A DNA stretch of 64,000 bases from positions 496,001 through 560,000 of the forward strand of contig JBHGNT010000015.1 in NCBI GenBank assembly GCA_043228905.1, in the 5' to 3' direction. Of this stretch, positions 1 to 13,224 are shown piece after piece. Positions within the stretch are counted from its first letter, which is position 1; each line of letters begins with the position of its first letter. Made by a program: the position numbers and the translations under genes. This stretch comes from Azolla caroliniana. Taxonomy: Eukaryota > Plantae > Polypodiophyta. The notes under the pieces were generated by a model. The model saw nothing but the letters and a program-made list of their open reading frames with translations, was not told the DNA's origin and did no database searches.

Positions 1-732
1 CAGGGACTCCCGCTAACGACCGATGAACCTGAAGTGAGAGATATCCATGCTTTACATTGACATTTAGTTATATATATATATTTGAATGCCATATTGGATG
101 AATTCAAGCTTAGACCAACCATACATGCGGTTGTTTTCTTCCAGATTCCTCCCAAGCCGACAGTGAAAGAAATCACAGTGCCGGAAGATATTCATCTAAA
201 CACAGACCTAAGAGCCATGGAGAGAGCTGAATTTGATCAATATGTAAGATGCCTTTTATTTTTTTGGCATTTAAACGAAACGTTTTTATTCAACTTAATT
301 TACAACTGAACCATTTTAACAGATTTCGGAGAAGCTTCTCTACCTTGAAAATCGGCGGTTGGAAGAAGAAAGGCTTCGCATGGTACTCATCTTTTTGTGC
401 TTTCTTTTAGAGGTCTTCCTCAAAACATACAACCATTGAGCAAATTTTGTTTGTTTCTACAGATGGCAGAGGAGGAGGAAATCAGGAAGTTGAGGCAAGA
501 GATGGTTCCCAAGGCGCAAATGATGCCATACTTTGATCGACCATTCCGTCCGAGAAGGTGAAGATCCATTCTTTCTATAAACACAACCTGATTTGTTTTC
601 CTGTACATATAAGCATTGGTGTTTTATATGCTTCTTTTTATGATGTGTCTTCTTAGGTCCTCCAAAAGGCCCACAATACCAAAGGAGCCCCAATTCCATC
701 ACAAATGTTGGACAAACAACTCTCAGTCGTAA
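1..732 (+). CDS. 3' part of a TPX2-domain microtubule-associated protein (MAP20/TPX2-like). Exons about 1-33, 145-243, 323-382, 463-557 and 657-732; the gene starts upstream of the window.
   Basis: GT-AG introns join in frame to give QGLPLTTDEPE/IPPKPTVKEITVPEDIHLNTDLRAMERAEFDQY/ISEKLLYLENRRLEEERLRM/MAEEEEIRKLRQEMVPKAQMMPYFDRPFRPRR/SSKRPTIPKEPQFHH...*. This matches the TPX2 C-terminal domain pattern (RAxxRAEFD, EIRxLRxEMVPKAQxMPYFDRPF, PTxPxxPxF). Confidence 0.85.
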
Positions 733-2299
733 TTGTATTGTTGTATATATTTACAAGCAACTGAAATTTGTCAAGCAATAGACAATAGACTATTGTCAAC
801 CAAGCAAGGCAAAAAGCAATGCAAGAGAAGAGAAGAGCCCTATTCCAGAGTATTGGTTCTCCTCTTTCTGTACATGAGGAATGCCAGTGAATGAATCTTT
901 ATGCAAAGAACCATAGAAATACATCTCTGATTTCTAGCATTTGTCCTCAATACCCCATTCATTAATTACTACAAATTATTTCATTTGTCGCATCACAATA
1001 AGGAGATGTGTGTAGCCTATATGTAAGGTGAAAATTATGTATGCCTCATGGTGTACATTTTTTCCGATTTTGCTTTATGTTAAAGGATTGAACTTTTTTG
1101 CACATGATCTCATCATCATCTTCTCTTGATCAATTCCTTCATCTATTATACTGTGTTCTATCTCATGGTTAGGAATAGATTTTCTGCGAAAAATGAGATC
1201 TTGACATCTGAGCAACATGTCCTTCTACCGTGTCTCTTAGAAAAGATTTATCATAATATATACCACAACCTAGGAATTGGGTACTTGCTGCTGTGATGTT
1301 CCCAGATGAATGTTATGTCCAGTCTTTTTGTGAAACAATTTTAGATTATCTGAATTTTCTTCTATTTATTTAGCTATCCAATGAATGCAAGGCCAAGAGG
1401 CCTATCTTTCTTCTTTTTATGCTGATGAGAGATGGCATGTCTGCAGCGATTCTCGAATAAGTATTGTGAATTGCATGAAATAGCGTTTGATTAGACGAAG
1501 ATGAGTTTCCAATCATAGTCATTAGAAATCATAAACATTGATTGACATTAGAATTTGTAAAGTCCAGTCGGTTTTGAACATGATTAGCAATCAATATTCT
1601 GATTCAAATTTGGCTCATTCTCTTTGGGAGGTTTGTATGATTATGAATTACAAATCGATAACAAAATATATGATTTAATGAGTTGGTCATTTCATAATTG
1701 ACAACCTCCTTGCAAAGGAAAATGGTGAAACCTCGCTGTTAATGAATAATGGATCATTGAGTAAACATCTATTGGCATTGTCCTTGCAGCACCATATTTT
1801 GTAATTGACAACAACTTGGCAAAATGGTGAAACCACATCAACAAAAGGATCACTCCCACAACACCTTCTCGCATTGTTAAACATGAGACTAAATGTTTCC
1901 TTAATAACTCCACCAGTAGAGGAGATAAAAATCAAGACATGTTTCGAGTTTTCTTTGGGTAAGCATTCACAAAGAATCAATGTGAGGCTAAGCATTCAAA
2001 GTGATTGTTAGTACATGAGGGGCAATCCATGCGATGTTGTGGGTTCATTTGTAATGTCAAACGTGTAGAGGAAGCCAACCATACGAAAGACAACCGAGAA
2101 AGAAATGCACGCGAAGTGTGAAGTCCACATTAAGATCATCAATCAAACAAAGTACTTTGCATGAAATCCAACGCCACATGGTATGATGTTTATTGGGCAA
2201 TACATTCGGAATTGATCATTTGTGTGAGACAAGATCTATGTAAGTCGAAAGACTTGGCATTGGCCAATTCCTCTTATATTTCTCCCCATCCCCCATCCT

Positions 2300-2361
2300 C
2301 CATCCCCCATGACCATGACCATGACCATGACCATGACCATACCCATCATCCCCATCATCCC

Positions 2362-2406
<45 letters not shown>

Positions 2407-2407
2407 A
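2300..2407. repeat. Compound microsatellite (CCCCAT/GACCAT/CAT)n just upstream of the PPR gene
   Basis: Directly visible. It produces the poly-His/Asp/Met shadow ORFs. Confidence 0.95.
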
Positions 2408-2470
2408 TATAGCATGGTATGCCAAAGTGGTTGAGAGTTGTTCATAGGCATATATACATATACATCCTAT

Positions 2471-5400
2471 ATGCTCCAAGGAGAGCTATATGGTTCGTCT
2501 GCAGGATCTCTACTCTCTCTTCTGCTACGCGATGCAGCAGGGTTCAATTCCCCTGCACCTTTACATACCTGCAGGATTCTCCATTCCATTATTGTGCAGT
2601 TGGGACTCGACTCTTGGACCGCAGCTAGCTGCCCTGTCCTTGAATTTTCCCTCCTGCGAGTATATGGCCACACTGGAGCTCTGGAGGATGCAGAGAATCT
2701 CTTCTCGAAATCGCCGTACAGAGACAAGTTTAGCTGGAATAACATGATGAAATGTTATGGACGATTGGGTCTTCATCACGATGCCTTACTATGCCTTGAT
2801 CGGATGCAACTCGAAGGAGTGCTCCCTGACATGTTCATTTATGCTACAGCTCTCTCTGAATGCACGGCTATGGACCATGGTCATTGCAAAGGTTTAAAGA
2901 TTCACTCTGTTCTCACAATATGCTGTGGACTTAATATGGGCAATGTCGATCATGTTGTCGGTACTGCCCTTGTTAACATGTATGGTAAGACCGGCCTGCT
3001 TGAAGATGCCAGTAAAGCATTCAATTTCATGAGCACTCATGACATCACCTCCTGGAATGCTATTTTGTCGAGTTATGCTCAGAATGAGCTTTTCAGAGAC
3101 ATCTTGCTCTTGTTTGAGAAAATGCAGCAGCAAGAGATGTCACCGAACAAGGTTACATTTGTGGGTGTTTTGTCAGCTTTTACGACCCAAGAAGCTCTAT
3201 CGTCGGGCATGGAGATGCATTACCGCCTTGTTCTTTATGGGTTCGAATCAGATCTTAACCTTGGAAATGCTCTTGTCAATATGTATGGAAAATGTGGCAG
3301 CCTTGAGAATGCATGGAACGTGTTTCAGGTTCTCCAGGATAAGAATACTGTATCGTGGACATCGATGATAGCATCCATTGTTCAACATGGACAAGGTGAT
3401 GAAGCCTTTGTTTTGTTCGAGCAAATGGAAAGGGAGGGAGAACTACCGGATAAGGTGACTTTTCTTAATATTTTATCGGCTTGTACTGATCAAGTTACTT
3501 TAGGTCAAGGCCAGAAGATACATGCTTTAATAATGGTTACTTTACCTGAATTCGATGTTGAGCTGAAGAATGCACTTGTCAACATGTATAGTAAATGTGC
3601 CAATTTAGAAGCTGCTCAAAGGGTTTTTGATTGTATGTCACAACGTACCACAATAACATGGAATGCGATGATTTCTGCGTATATTCAACATGGAAATACA
3701 CCAGATGCAGTTAATCTATTCCTCCAGATGCAGGATTGGGGACAGGCTCCTGACAAAGTGACATTTCTAGGTGTTCTCACGGCATGTGCCCAGACTGGTT
3801 CTGCTCTTCCAGACTTTTCTATTTCTGTCCTTGATATTGGGAGGGACGTCCATTCAATCACATTGTGTTATGGACTTGGTGAAGATGTTACAATTGGCAA
3901 TGCACTTGCTCACATGTACAAGAAACATGGTCTTACAATGGATGCTTGGAAAATATTTGACAACTTGACTGGAAGGAATACCGTTTCATGGAATGTTATG
4001 ATTTCAGAACAAGGCCTGAGTAAGGCTGCTGTTCAATTATATGCACAAATGCTTGAAGAGGGTGTTATGAGAAGTAAATGTACTGTTACTAGCCTTTTGA
4101 TTGCGGCTGGATGTCCAGATTTGATTGAGTTTGGCAAGGAAATGCATGCATCCATGGATGTGACCAATAATGGGTTGGATGTTTCAACAGGAAATAGATT
4201 GATTAACATGTATCATAATTGTGCAAGCATGGATCATGCTCAGGACGTTTTTAACTCTATGCAAGAACATGATAAGTTCACCTGGACAGAGATGATTGCT
4301 GGTTACACCAATAGTGGGCAGAGTAAAACGGCTATTTGGGTTTTCCACCAAATGCAACATGAAGGGATAGGTTCAGATAGGGTGACTTATGTTTGCATTT
4401 TTTCAGCATGTACTAATCATACAGGACTTGTAGAAGGAAGATGCATTCATGCTAGTATTGTAGGTACTGCTTTAGATGATGATGTTTCAGTGGGTAACAC
4501 TCTAATTAACATGTATGGGAAGTGTGGAAGCTTGAAGGATTCACATAGAGTTTTCATTCGAATGCCTGCGCATGATGTGGTATCCTGGAGTTCTATGATT
4601 GCTAATTATGCCCAACATGGACATAGTAAGGATGCCCTAGAAATGTTTCATCAAATGCAGCAGGAACAGCCACCAATATTACCGGACAAGGTAACTTTTG
4701 TTAGTGTTCTTGGTGCATGCAGCCATTCAGGGAGGGTTGCTGAAGGATGGTACTGGTTTGAGTTTATGAAGAAAAACCTTTTTATTAAACCAACCCTAGA
4801 CCATTACAATTGCATGGTTGATATGCTTGCGAGGGCTGGGATGATGGAGGAGGCTGAAAACATGATAAGAGACATGCCTTTCGAGGCAGATGTCATCTCA
4901 TGGATGACGTTGTTATGTGCTTGTAGACATCACGTAGATGTAGAACGAGGGGAGCGTTCAGCTGGACACATCTTCAGGTTGGATCCTTTATACTTGGCAG
5001 CATATGTAGTTCTTTCAAACATTTATTCTACAGCAGGTAGAGTAGAGGATGCATCCAGGATTGCCTTTTGGATGAAGGAGAAAGGCTTGAACCAACATAC
5101 CAACTGTAGCTTTGTTGAGGTTAATGGTGAGGTTCATGAGTTTTATGATGGGGATAAGTCTCATGCACAAAATGAAGAGATTGAAATTTTATTACAAACA
5201 TTGACTACAAAAATAGGTGACGTTATGAATCTTCTTCCAGAGTGCAGTAATGAGAATATTGAACAACTTTCAACTGCTCACAGTGAGAAACTGGCTTTGG
5301 CATTTGGCATCATGAGTACCTGCCCAGGTTCACCCCTGGTTATAATCACAAAATCACATTTACGCTCCGAGTGTCATATGTTTATCAAGCTGGCATCAAA

Positions 5401-5488
5401 AATAGTTTCTCGGGATATAACTGTAAGAAATGACATACATTTTCATTACATGCAGAATGGAATTTGCTCATGTGGGGATTACTGGTGA
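2471..5488 (+). CDS. PLS-class pentatricopeptide repeat protein with E/E+/DYW domains (organellar RNA-editing factor family). The ORF is open from 2438 and the first ATG is at 2471.
   Basis: Uninterrupted ORF of about 1005 aa with repeated ALVNMYGKCG...SWxxMI...PDKVTF P-L-S triplets, E domain (HYNCMVDMLARAG, WMTLLCAC, YVVLSNIY), HSEKLA motif and terminal CSCGDYW. Confidence 0.95.
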   Translation: MLQGELYGSSAGSLLSLLLRDAAGFNSPAPLHTCRILHSIIVQLGLDSWTAASCPVLEFSLLRVYGHTGALEDAENLFSKSPYRDKFSWNNMMKCYGRLGLHHDALLCLDRMQLEGVLPDMFIYATALSECTAMDHGHCKGLKIHSVLTICCGLNMGNVDHVVGTALVNMYGKTGLLEDASKAFNFMSTHDITSWNAILSSYAQNELFRDILLLFEKMQQQEMSPNKVTFVGVLSAFTTQEALSSGMEMHYRLVLYGFESDLNLGNALVNMYGKCGSLENAWNVFQVLQDKNTVSWTSMIASIVQHGQGDEAFVLFEQMEREGELPDKVTFLNILSACTDQVTLGQGQKIHALIMVTLPEFDVELKNALVNMYSKCANLEAAQRVFDCMSQRTTITWNAMISAYIQHGNTPDAVNLFLQMQDWGQAPDKVTFLGVLTACAQTGSALPDFSISVLDIGRDVHSITLCYGLGEDVTIGNALAHMYKKHGLTMDAWKIFDNLTGRNTVSWNVMISEQGLSKAAVQLYAQMLEEGVMRSKCTVTSLLIAAGCPDLIEFGKEMHASMDVTNNGLDVSTGNRLINMYHNCASMDHAQDVFNSMQEHDKFTWTEMIAGYTNSGQSKTAIWVFHQMQHEGIGSDRVTYVCIFSACTNHTGLVEGRCIHASIVGTALDDDVSVGNTLINMYGKCGSLKDSHRVFIRMPAHDVVSWSSMIANYAQHGHSKDALEMFHQMQQEQPPILPDKVTFVSVLGACSHSGRVAEGWYWFEFMKKNLFIKPTLDHYNCMVDMLARAGMMEEAENMIRDMPFEADVISWMTLLCACRHHVDVERGERSAGHIFRLDPLYLAAYVVLSNIYSTAGRVEDASRIAFWMKEKGLNQHTNCSFVEVNGEVHEFYDGDKSHAQNEEIEILLQTLTTKIGDVMNLLPECSNENIEQLSTAHSEKLALAFGIMSTCPGSPLVIITKSHLRSECHMFIKLASKIVSRDITVRNDIHFHYMQNGICSCGDYW

Positions 5489-6904
5489 CTTTTTCATTGT
5501 AAAAGAAATCAGCAATATCATAACATTATGTGAGATTATCCCTTCGTTGCTGTTGTTGCTGTCTTCTTACGTATGGTAGTTACCTGTTTAAAATGCATGT
5601 TGTATGGTCCCATTTCTTGTGCCTTGGAGACTTCAAATAATGGCTGACAATGTCTCCTAGGTAACATTGTGCAAAGCACAAAGTTATCTATAGTTCCACC
5701 TTGCAAATGCATTTGATACCTTACATTGATTGACCTTTGAACTTTGCAAAAGAATCTATGCACTTGCGTGTACTTTGATTATGGATGCATGTTTTCATAC
5801 AAGAGCAAAGCTAACACTGGGAAATGTCAACTAAAAGAGCATGTACCCTATAGGATAAGAAGATTTAGGGAAAGATACTCCGTTTTATTGTAAGATAACT
5901 AACTTAACATAGTGGAAAAAACTGATTTGCTTGAGGCAATATCATTACATGGACTATATTGGTTTGGAGAATGGAATCTAATTAAAGTATCGAAGGGGCA
6001 CAAACTTCAATTGAGTGATGTAATAAACCAAGCATGAAATCATGTTGTGCGTAGACCAAATTTGACATAAGCAAATTCGAGTGTGGTTCATTCTATCAAT
6101 GTGAATTGTGGCTACAAAACGCTCCTTGGATTTCTTTAAAAAGGCAAATAATCTATGAGGTATGTTGATGTTATTGTTGTACGATAATGCAAATTGAGGT
6201 TTCTAAGCACAAAGACATGAAATATCTACATGCCACTAAGCAATTGAATCTCATGACAATAGGTTGACATTGAGATTGATGTTAATTTGATATCACGAGA
6301 GCTGAGTGTGCGTGCAAACCATGCAAAATTAGATAGAAACATGGGAATGTTATGTCTAATGCATTTGAATATATTACATTTCATTACGTGACCCTATCCA
6401 TAAGACACACATGGAGATTAATTGCTTAACATCCACTAGGTTGACTTGAAATGTACATATTCTTGGTGAACCTTCTTTCCAAACTATTTCAATCACCTTT
6501 TCAACTCTCTTTTCAAAATCCTTTTCATCTTTCATTATGGTACTTGTGTTGTTGGTCCTTAGGTTGATGTCATGAACTTTATTATATGTGTTGAATTGTC
6601 ACTTTGTATCATGAGATTTGAAAATCATATAAAGACAACAACTACAAGACAAATATAGTTAGTCTACTAGAGGGTTACGTTAGATACTAGTACGTCCAAG
6701 GGAGATGTAAGGGCATCTTGTGCAACATGCTTTGTGAAGGCCAATGCTCAAACCTCTTACTTGTTCCACTCACAATGCTTCTTGTGCTTAATCAGATCCT
6801 AATTGACAGGTGTAGACTTGATTGTTGTTTGGCGACGATTATGTATCACAAAGGTAAACCGGGAATCAATTGCAACACTCCTTTTAGACAACACATAAAC
6901 TTAA

Positions 6905-7619
6905 CGACAAGCATAGATAACTAGAGTACCACACTATTGTAACAATCATACATAAATCAAAATAACAATATATAGAATAGGATGACATTGTACAAAGCGT
7001 ATGAAAGTTGAGCTTAGATGCCCCTTTCTAGGGGGGTTCATTGCTAGTAACAAGCATAGGTTAACTAGAGTACCACACTACCATAACAATCATACATAAA
7101 TTGAAATAACAATATATAGAATAGGATGACATTGTACAAAGCGTATGAAAGTTGAGCTTAGATGCCCCTTTCTAGGGGGTTCATTGCTAGTAACAAGCAT
7201 AGGTTAACTAGAGTACCACACTACCATAACAATCATACATAAATCGAAATAACAATATATAGAATAGGATGACATTGTACAAAGCGTATGAAAGTTGAGC
7301 TTAGATGCCCCTTTCTAGGGGGTTCATTGCTAGTAACAAGCATAGGTTAACTAGAGTACCACACTACTGTAACAAACATACATAAATCGAAATAACAATA
7401 TATAGAATAGGATGACATTGTACAAATCGTATGAAAGTTGAGCTTAGATGCCCCTTTCTAGGGGGTTCATTGCTAGTAACAAGCATAGGTTAACTAGAGT
7501 ACCACACTACTGTAACAAACATACATAAATTGAAACAACAATATATAGAATAGGATGACATTGTACAAATCGTATGAAAGTTGAGCTTAGATACCCCTTT
7601 CTAGGGGGTTCATTGCTAG
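6905..7619 (+). repeat. Tandem array of five ~143-bp units
   Basis: Each unit ends ...cccctttctagggg(g)ttcattgCTAG, with CTAG at 7044, 7187, 7330, 7473 and 7616 (period 143). Confidence 0.95.
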
Positions 7620-10600
7620 TAAAATCTAATGATCTAGGATTTTGAAATAGGTTCATAAGGATATCTACCTTTAAAGCCATGGATTTACCCTCGTAGTCCT
7701 CAATTACCCTCAACAAAGTTTCTCTCGTCAAATTCTTTTGTTTCTCCCACCTCAATGTAACTTCTCTTATTTATCCTTAACCTTTCAGATCGTGTTAATT
7801 TCTTTTGTTCTGAACACTCAAATGATATAACACTCTTTTATATGTTTTCAACCTCATCGGTCTCTTTTGGCATGCAAAATCTAATGATCTCGGCTTGAAG
7901 AGACACCAAGGAAGTGACGAGAAATATGCAGAATAATCTCCTGCCACAACCGAAGTGTAGATCACTTGATGACAATCAAACATAGAAGAAATGGGAATGG
8001 AGGTAAGTACACAAACAGAAAGAGAATACACAGGATGTTAACATGGAAAACCCTGAGAGGGAAAAACCACGGGAGTCCACAGACTCCAAACTATCACTAT
8101 GTCAAGGAGTACAACAAGGAGCACAAAGGCAACGACCTCTTGCTCACAATCTTCGCCTAGCGGCGGTTACAATAGAGACACAATCTCTTTATATTGCTCT
8201 CTCTCTCTCTCTCTCTCTCTTACGCATTGTACAGGAGTTACACCAATAACTCTATCATCATCTTTCAAGTTTGCCCTAGGTCATATTTATACTAATATGA
8301 CTTTCGGGCTATTTACAAATATAGCCCCAATGGGCTCTCTGGAACATATTTACATATATGTCCCTTCCATTCGATGAGAGGTTCTCACCGGGCCTGCAAC
8401 ATCCGGTTCTCATCGGGTCTTCCTTGCCGGGTACTCGTCATTTGGTTCTCACCGGGTCTTCCGTTGCCGAGTACTCCACATCCAGTTCTCACCAGGTCTT
8501 CCGATGCCGGGCCTTCGTATCCCATCCGGAGGGATCGAGATCCTAACAAACTCCCCCTTCACTCCGGCATGGGATGCCTCATCAATCCGATCCGCTTCCG
8601 GCATGCGTCTAGCTTGTCGGGCGTCAGCACCTTGGTCAACATATCCGACCCGTTCTCCTCCGTGTGGATCTTCGTAAGCACGAACTCTCAGTCTTCTACT
8701 CGCTCCCGAATCCAGTGGTACCTCCGCTGGATGTGCTTCGTCCTGGAATGATACGCTGCGTTCTTCACAAGGTGGATGGCACTTTGACTGTCGCAATAGA
8801 GCCGGTATTCCTCTTGTCGGATCCCTAACTCTTCGATGAAGTCCTTCATCCATAGTATTTCCTTGCCGGCTTCCACAGCCGCCATGTACTCCACTTCCGT
8901 GGTTGACACCGCAACCGTCTTCTGCAGCCTCGATTGCCACGAAACAGCTCCCCCCCCATATTTCATGACATATCCGGATGTTGACCGGCTGGTATCCGCA
9001 TCAGCCGACATATCCGAATTGGTGAAACCGTCAAGTTGGGGTTTACCAGAGCCGAATCGGAGGCACATACTTGAGGTGCCTTTCAAGTATTGGAGTATCC
9101 ATTTTACCGCATTCCAGTGCTCCTTGCCAGGATTGCTCATAAACCGGTTCACCACTCCGACTGCATATCCGATATCCGGTCGGGTACACACCATTGCGTA
9201 CATTAGGCTCCCGACGGCAGAGGCATATGGTATCTTCATCATATCCACCTTCTCTACCTTCGTCTTCAGGCTTTGCTTACCGGATAACTTGCAATTTGCC
9301 GGAAGTGTCGATCCGACCGGTTTCACATCTGACATGTTGAACTGCTGAAGCACCTTTGTCACGTACTTCTCCTGTGACAACCACAATTGCTTCGTTGGCC
9401 GGTCCCGGATGATATGCATCCCCAGTATCTGTCTTGTCGGACCCAACTCTTTCATTGAGAAGGTCCGGTTCAGGGCCTTCTTCAACATCCAAATCTTGAC
9501 TTGGTCTCGTCCGACGATCAACATGTCGTCCACGTACAAGAGGAGTATCAGGAAGTCTCCACCTTCGAACTTCTTAACAAATACGCAGTGATCAGCCTGT
9601 GTCTTGTGGTACCCTTGATCGGTCATGAAGGAGTTGAACTTCCGGTACTATTGCCAGGGAGGCTATTTCAACCCGTAGAGGCTCTTTTTTAACCAGCAGA
9701 CCAGATGCTCCTTCCCTCTCTTCACAAATCCCTCCGGTTGCTGCATGTAGATCTCCTCTTCGAGGTCGCCGTGGAGGAACGCCGTCTTCACGTCTAACTG
9801 CTCTACCTCGAGGTCCATGCTTTCCGCTATGCTCAGCACCGTCTGGATGGAAGTCATCTTTACTACCGGGGCAAATATCTCGTCGAAGTCCATGCCCTTC
9901 TTTTGCTGGAACCCCTTCACCACGATCCTGGCTTTGTACCTTGGAGGGTTGCCAGCATCTCCCGGTTTCAACTTGTACACCCACTTGTTTCGGAGTGCTC
10001 TCTTTCCTTTCGTCAACTCCACCAATTCATACGAGTGGTTCTCATGCAGGGCATCCATCTCGTCCTGCATGGCAATGAACCACTTGTGGCTATGGGTGTC
10101 ATCCTTCGCTTCTTCGAAGCTTTCCGGCTCCCCCTCATCGGTCAGCAGCACATGCTCTGCATCCGGAAATCTCCGGGGGCCCTTCTCTCTCTGAGAGGAT
10201 ATCTCTGTCTTTGGCTTTCGGCAACCGGCTCCTCTATTTGTTCTTCATCCAAATCCGATTCGGGGTCATGGCCGGTTCTGGTTTCAGCTTCCTCTACTTC
10301 TTCTTCTGCCGGTTCGGTATCCTCATCGTAATCGGCTGGTTCCTCGAGTGTCAACCGGCTCTTAGCCGGGTGGGTCCGAATCTCATCGGAGTTCATTATC
10401 TTCTTCTCCGACTCCCAATCGACAAGAGTCTTGTCCTCCATGAAGATAATATCTCGGCTCCAGAAAACCTTCTTGTCAACCGGATCCCACCCTTGGTAGC
10501 CGAACTCATCATCGCCGTATCCGAGGAATATGCATGGCCGGGTCTTTGGATCCAACTTTCCTCTCTGGTCCTTAGCAACATGCATGTACGCGAGACACCC

Positions 10601-12588
10601 GAACACCTTCAAATGCCGGTAGGACACTTCCTTACCGGTTCACACCTTTTGCGGCGTGTCTCCATCCAAGGGCACTGAGGGTGATATGTTTATCACATAC
10701 GTCGCTGTCGACAACGACTCAGCCCAAAACGTCTTGGGTAGTGTAGCATGTGCTAGCATACTCCAGACCCTCTGCATTATGGTCCAGTTCATCCTCTCGA
10801 CTAACCCATTTAGTTCCGGCGTCTTCGACACGGTAAATTCGAGCCGGATTCCCTTCGAGCGACAGTACTCCTCGAACTGCCCCCGGTATTCCCCTACATT
10901 ATATGCTCGAACCACCTTCAGCTTCCGTCCGGTTTCTCTTTCCACTCTTGCGTGGAGCTCCTTGAAGACGGATAACACCTGATCCTTCGTCTTCAGCGGT
11001 GTGGCCCATAGCCTCCTGTTGTGATAATCTATGAACGTCACGAAGTACTACGCTCCGGCATGGGACTTCGTGTCCACGTGACACATATCGGTATGCACCA
11101 ACTCCAATGGTGCATTACGTCTCATCGGTGGCCTTGATTGGAAGGAGGTCCGGTTTTGCTTACCGGCTAGGCAATCGATGCACCTCTCAAGATGCACCTC
11201 TCAAGATGCACATCCTTCACCGGAATGAGGTTGTCATCGGTAAGCCTCTTCATCCCCTTCACACTCATGTGACACAGTCTCTTGTGCCACAACTCACTGG
11301 CAGTGTCGGAAGCCACGTTCACTTCTTCCGGGCATAACCGGGCATTCATCAGGTACATCGTGTTGACCTTCCGGGCCCGAGCCATTATCAGGCTCCCTTT
11401 ATTGAATTTCATGACTCCGTTCCAGATGCTACCCGTGTAGCCTTCATCATCTAGCCGACCGGCTGATATCAGGTTCAGTCGAACCTCCAAAATGTGTCAG
11501 ACATCCTTTAGCAGTAGCTTGCATCCGGTTGGTGTTGTCAACCACACGTCTCCTATGCCGACAATCAGGCATGTACCTTCATTCCCCATCCGGACACAGC
11601 CGTGATCACCGGCTGTGTTGGATGAGAAGCATTTCTAGTCTGGGGTAAGGTGGAACGACGCTCCGGAATCGACAACCCACGTTGTCTCGTCGCCGGCAAG
11701 GTTCAACTCACTCTCCTCGGTGATGAGCATCAACTCTTCTTCACTTGCCGCGATTGCCGTTGTTCCCTTCTGGTCCGGTTCCCTCTGGTCTTTACCGTTC
11801 CAGTCCGGTGTCCGCTTCGAATCGGTATCGTCGGTTTTCTTGTCTTTTCGGAAGTGCCGACAGTTCTTCTAGAAGTGTCCCGGCTTGCCGCAATAGAAGC
11901 AAGTAGGCTTACCCCTTGACTTTGACCGTGTCCCCGACTTTTCCTGGTTCTGGGGACTACGGTTTTGTAAAGAATCGGGTAAGATTCTTGTGTAGCGGAA
12001 TAGGTGTGAATTGTGTGTGTGTGTGTATGAGAGAGAGAGAGAGAGAGGAGTGAAAACACAGAGTATACGCAAGGGTAAGTATATTCACAAAGGAGAAAGA
12101 CTCAACCAAATACAAGGTGGGAGGAGGGTGCTTTATATAGTCACCCTCTCTCTTCATTAACTACAAGACTCATGGAGCATGGGGAATGTGAAAACTCATA
12201 AGTTATCTGTCATAGAATATGATTCTATGACTCATACTAAATGCTAGAATACAAAGTGGTGACATAATGGTGACTCTTGACCGTTGGAGTGTCTATTCAC
12301 TCTCAAGGTGAGTTCACACACTAGACCAAGTTGAGCTTTCTCAACACGCCCCTCAAGCTCAAGTCGGGTCGGTTTCAGACGGTATCCGAAATCCGCGTCG
12401 ACTCGTGTCGACTCGCATTTATGCGGAGTTGCAGAATCCGTGCTCCAGCTTGCGTTGTGTGTAGTTGTGAAGTCTGCGCTTCGGCTTGCGTCTTTCTTTG
12501 CGCGGTAGATCGGCTCTTCGCGGCTTCGTTGCGCGGTTGTGTAATCCACGCGTTATTACGTAGTGTGCGTAGTTTGCGGAATCCACAC

Positions 12589-13224
12589 TGTCGAGTTGTT
12601 ACACTCTTCGCGTGTGGAAACAGGCGGGACCGCAGGGGCCTTGAACCAAGGAGCGGGAGAAAGAAGAGAGAGAGGGAGAAGTCTTGCAGAAACACAGAGG
12701 GAGAAGGAGAGAACAAAGTCTTAATTACAAATCAAATGATTACAACCGGCAAGCCGGCAACGGACCCAACTCAGGTGAACACACACACACAATGCTCACA
12801 TGCCAAGCACAAAAACGTGAAGGGAGAGCCTCTGATGGAAGCGCAGGGGCTGTCCACGAAGTAGAGGCAGCGATCCCCAAAACCCGCAGAGAATGACCAT
12901 CGAAGGAGGAGAGAGAGAGCTCGTTACACAGTCCGGCAGCACTTCGTCCTCGCTAATCCCCGATGGATCGTTCTTCCTTCCCTTCTTCCTTATATAGGTC
13001 GTCGAGGCAGGCCGTTGCACCCTCGTTTCCATCAAATTATTCTCTGTCCTTTCGGACTGAGATACTCGTTGATTCCCTAGACTTTCGATGCGTGACATCT
13101 AGTCTATTTACACCCACCGTCCTACTCCTAGTTATGTACAAGGTTAATTGGTGTGGGAAAGTGTGGGGCCGGTTCATGCGCCTTGCTTCGTCGATTCCGG
13201 TTCTGGCCGGTTTTCTTCACGACA
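12589..13224 (-). mobile_element. Solo LTR (636 bp) of a D-related Ty3 family, inserted in the 3' non-coding region of Copia B
   Basis: Starts TGTCGAG and ends GGTTTTCTTCACGACA, identical to the end of the D LTR. It shares internal motifs with D LTRs (ttacaaccg, cagcacttcgtcctc, TATA-like ttatatagg). Flanks are ACAC/ACGC, a 4-bp TSD with one CpG-type change. Confidence 0.8.

Noticed and set aside
2161-2479. Poly-His/poly-Asp/poly-Met ORFs
   Set aside because: These are translations of the (CAT)n microsatellite with no other coding signal.
6905-7619. CRISPR-like regular array
   Set aside because: Whole units repeat with no unique spacers, there are no cas genes, and the context is eukaryotic.
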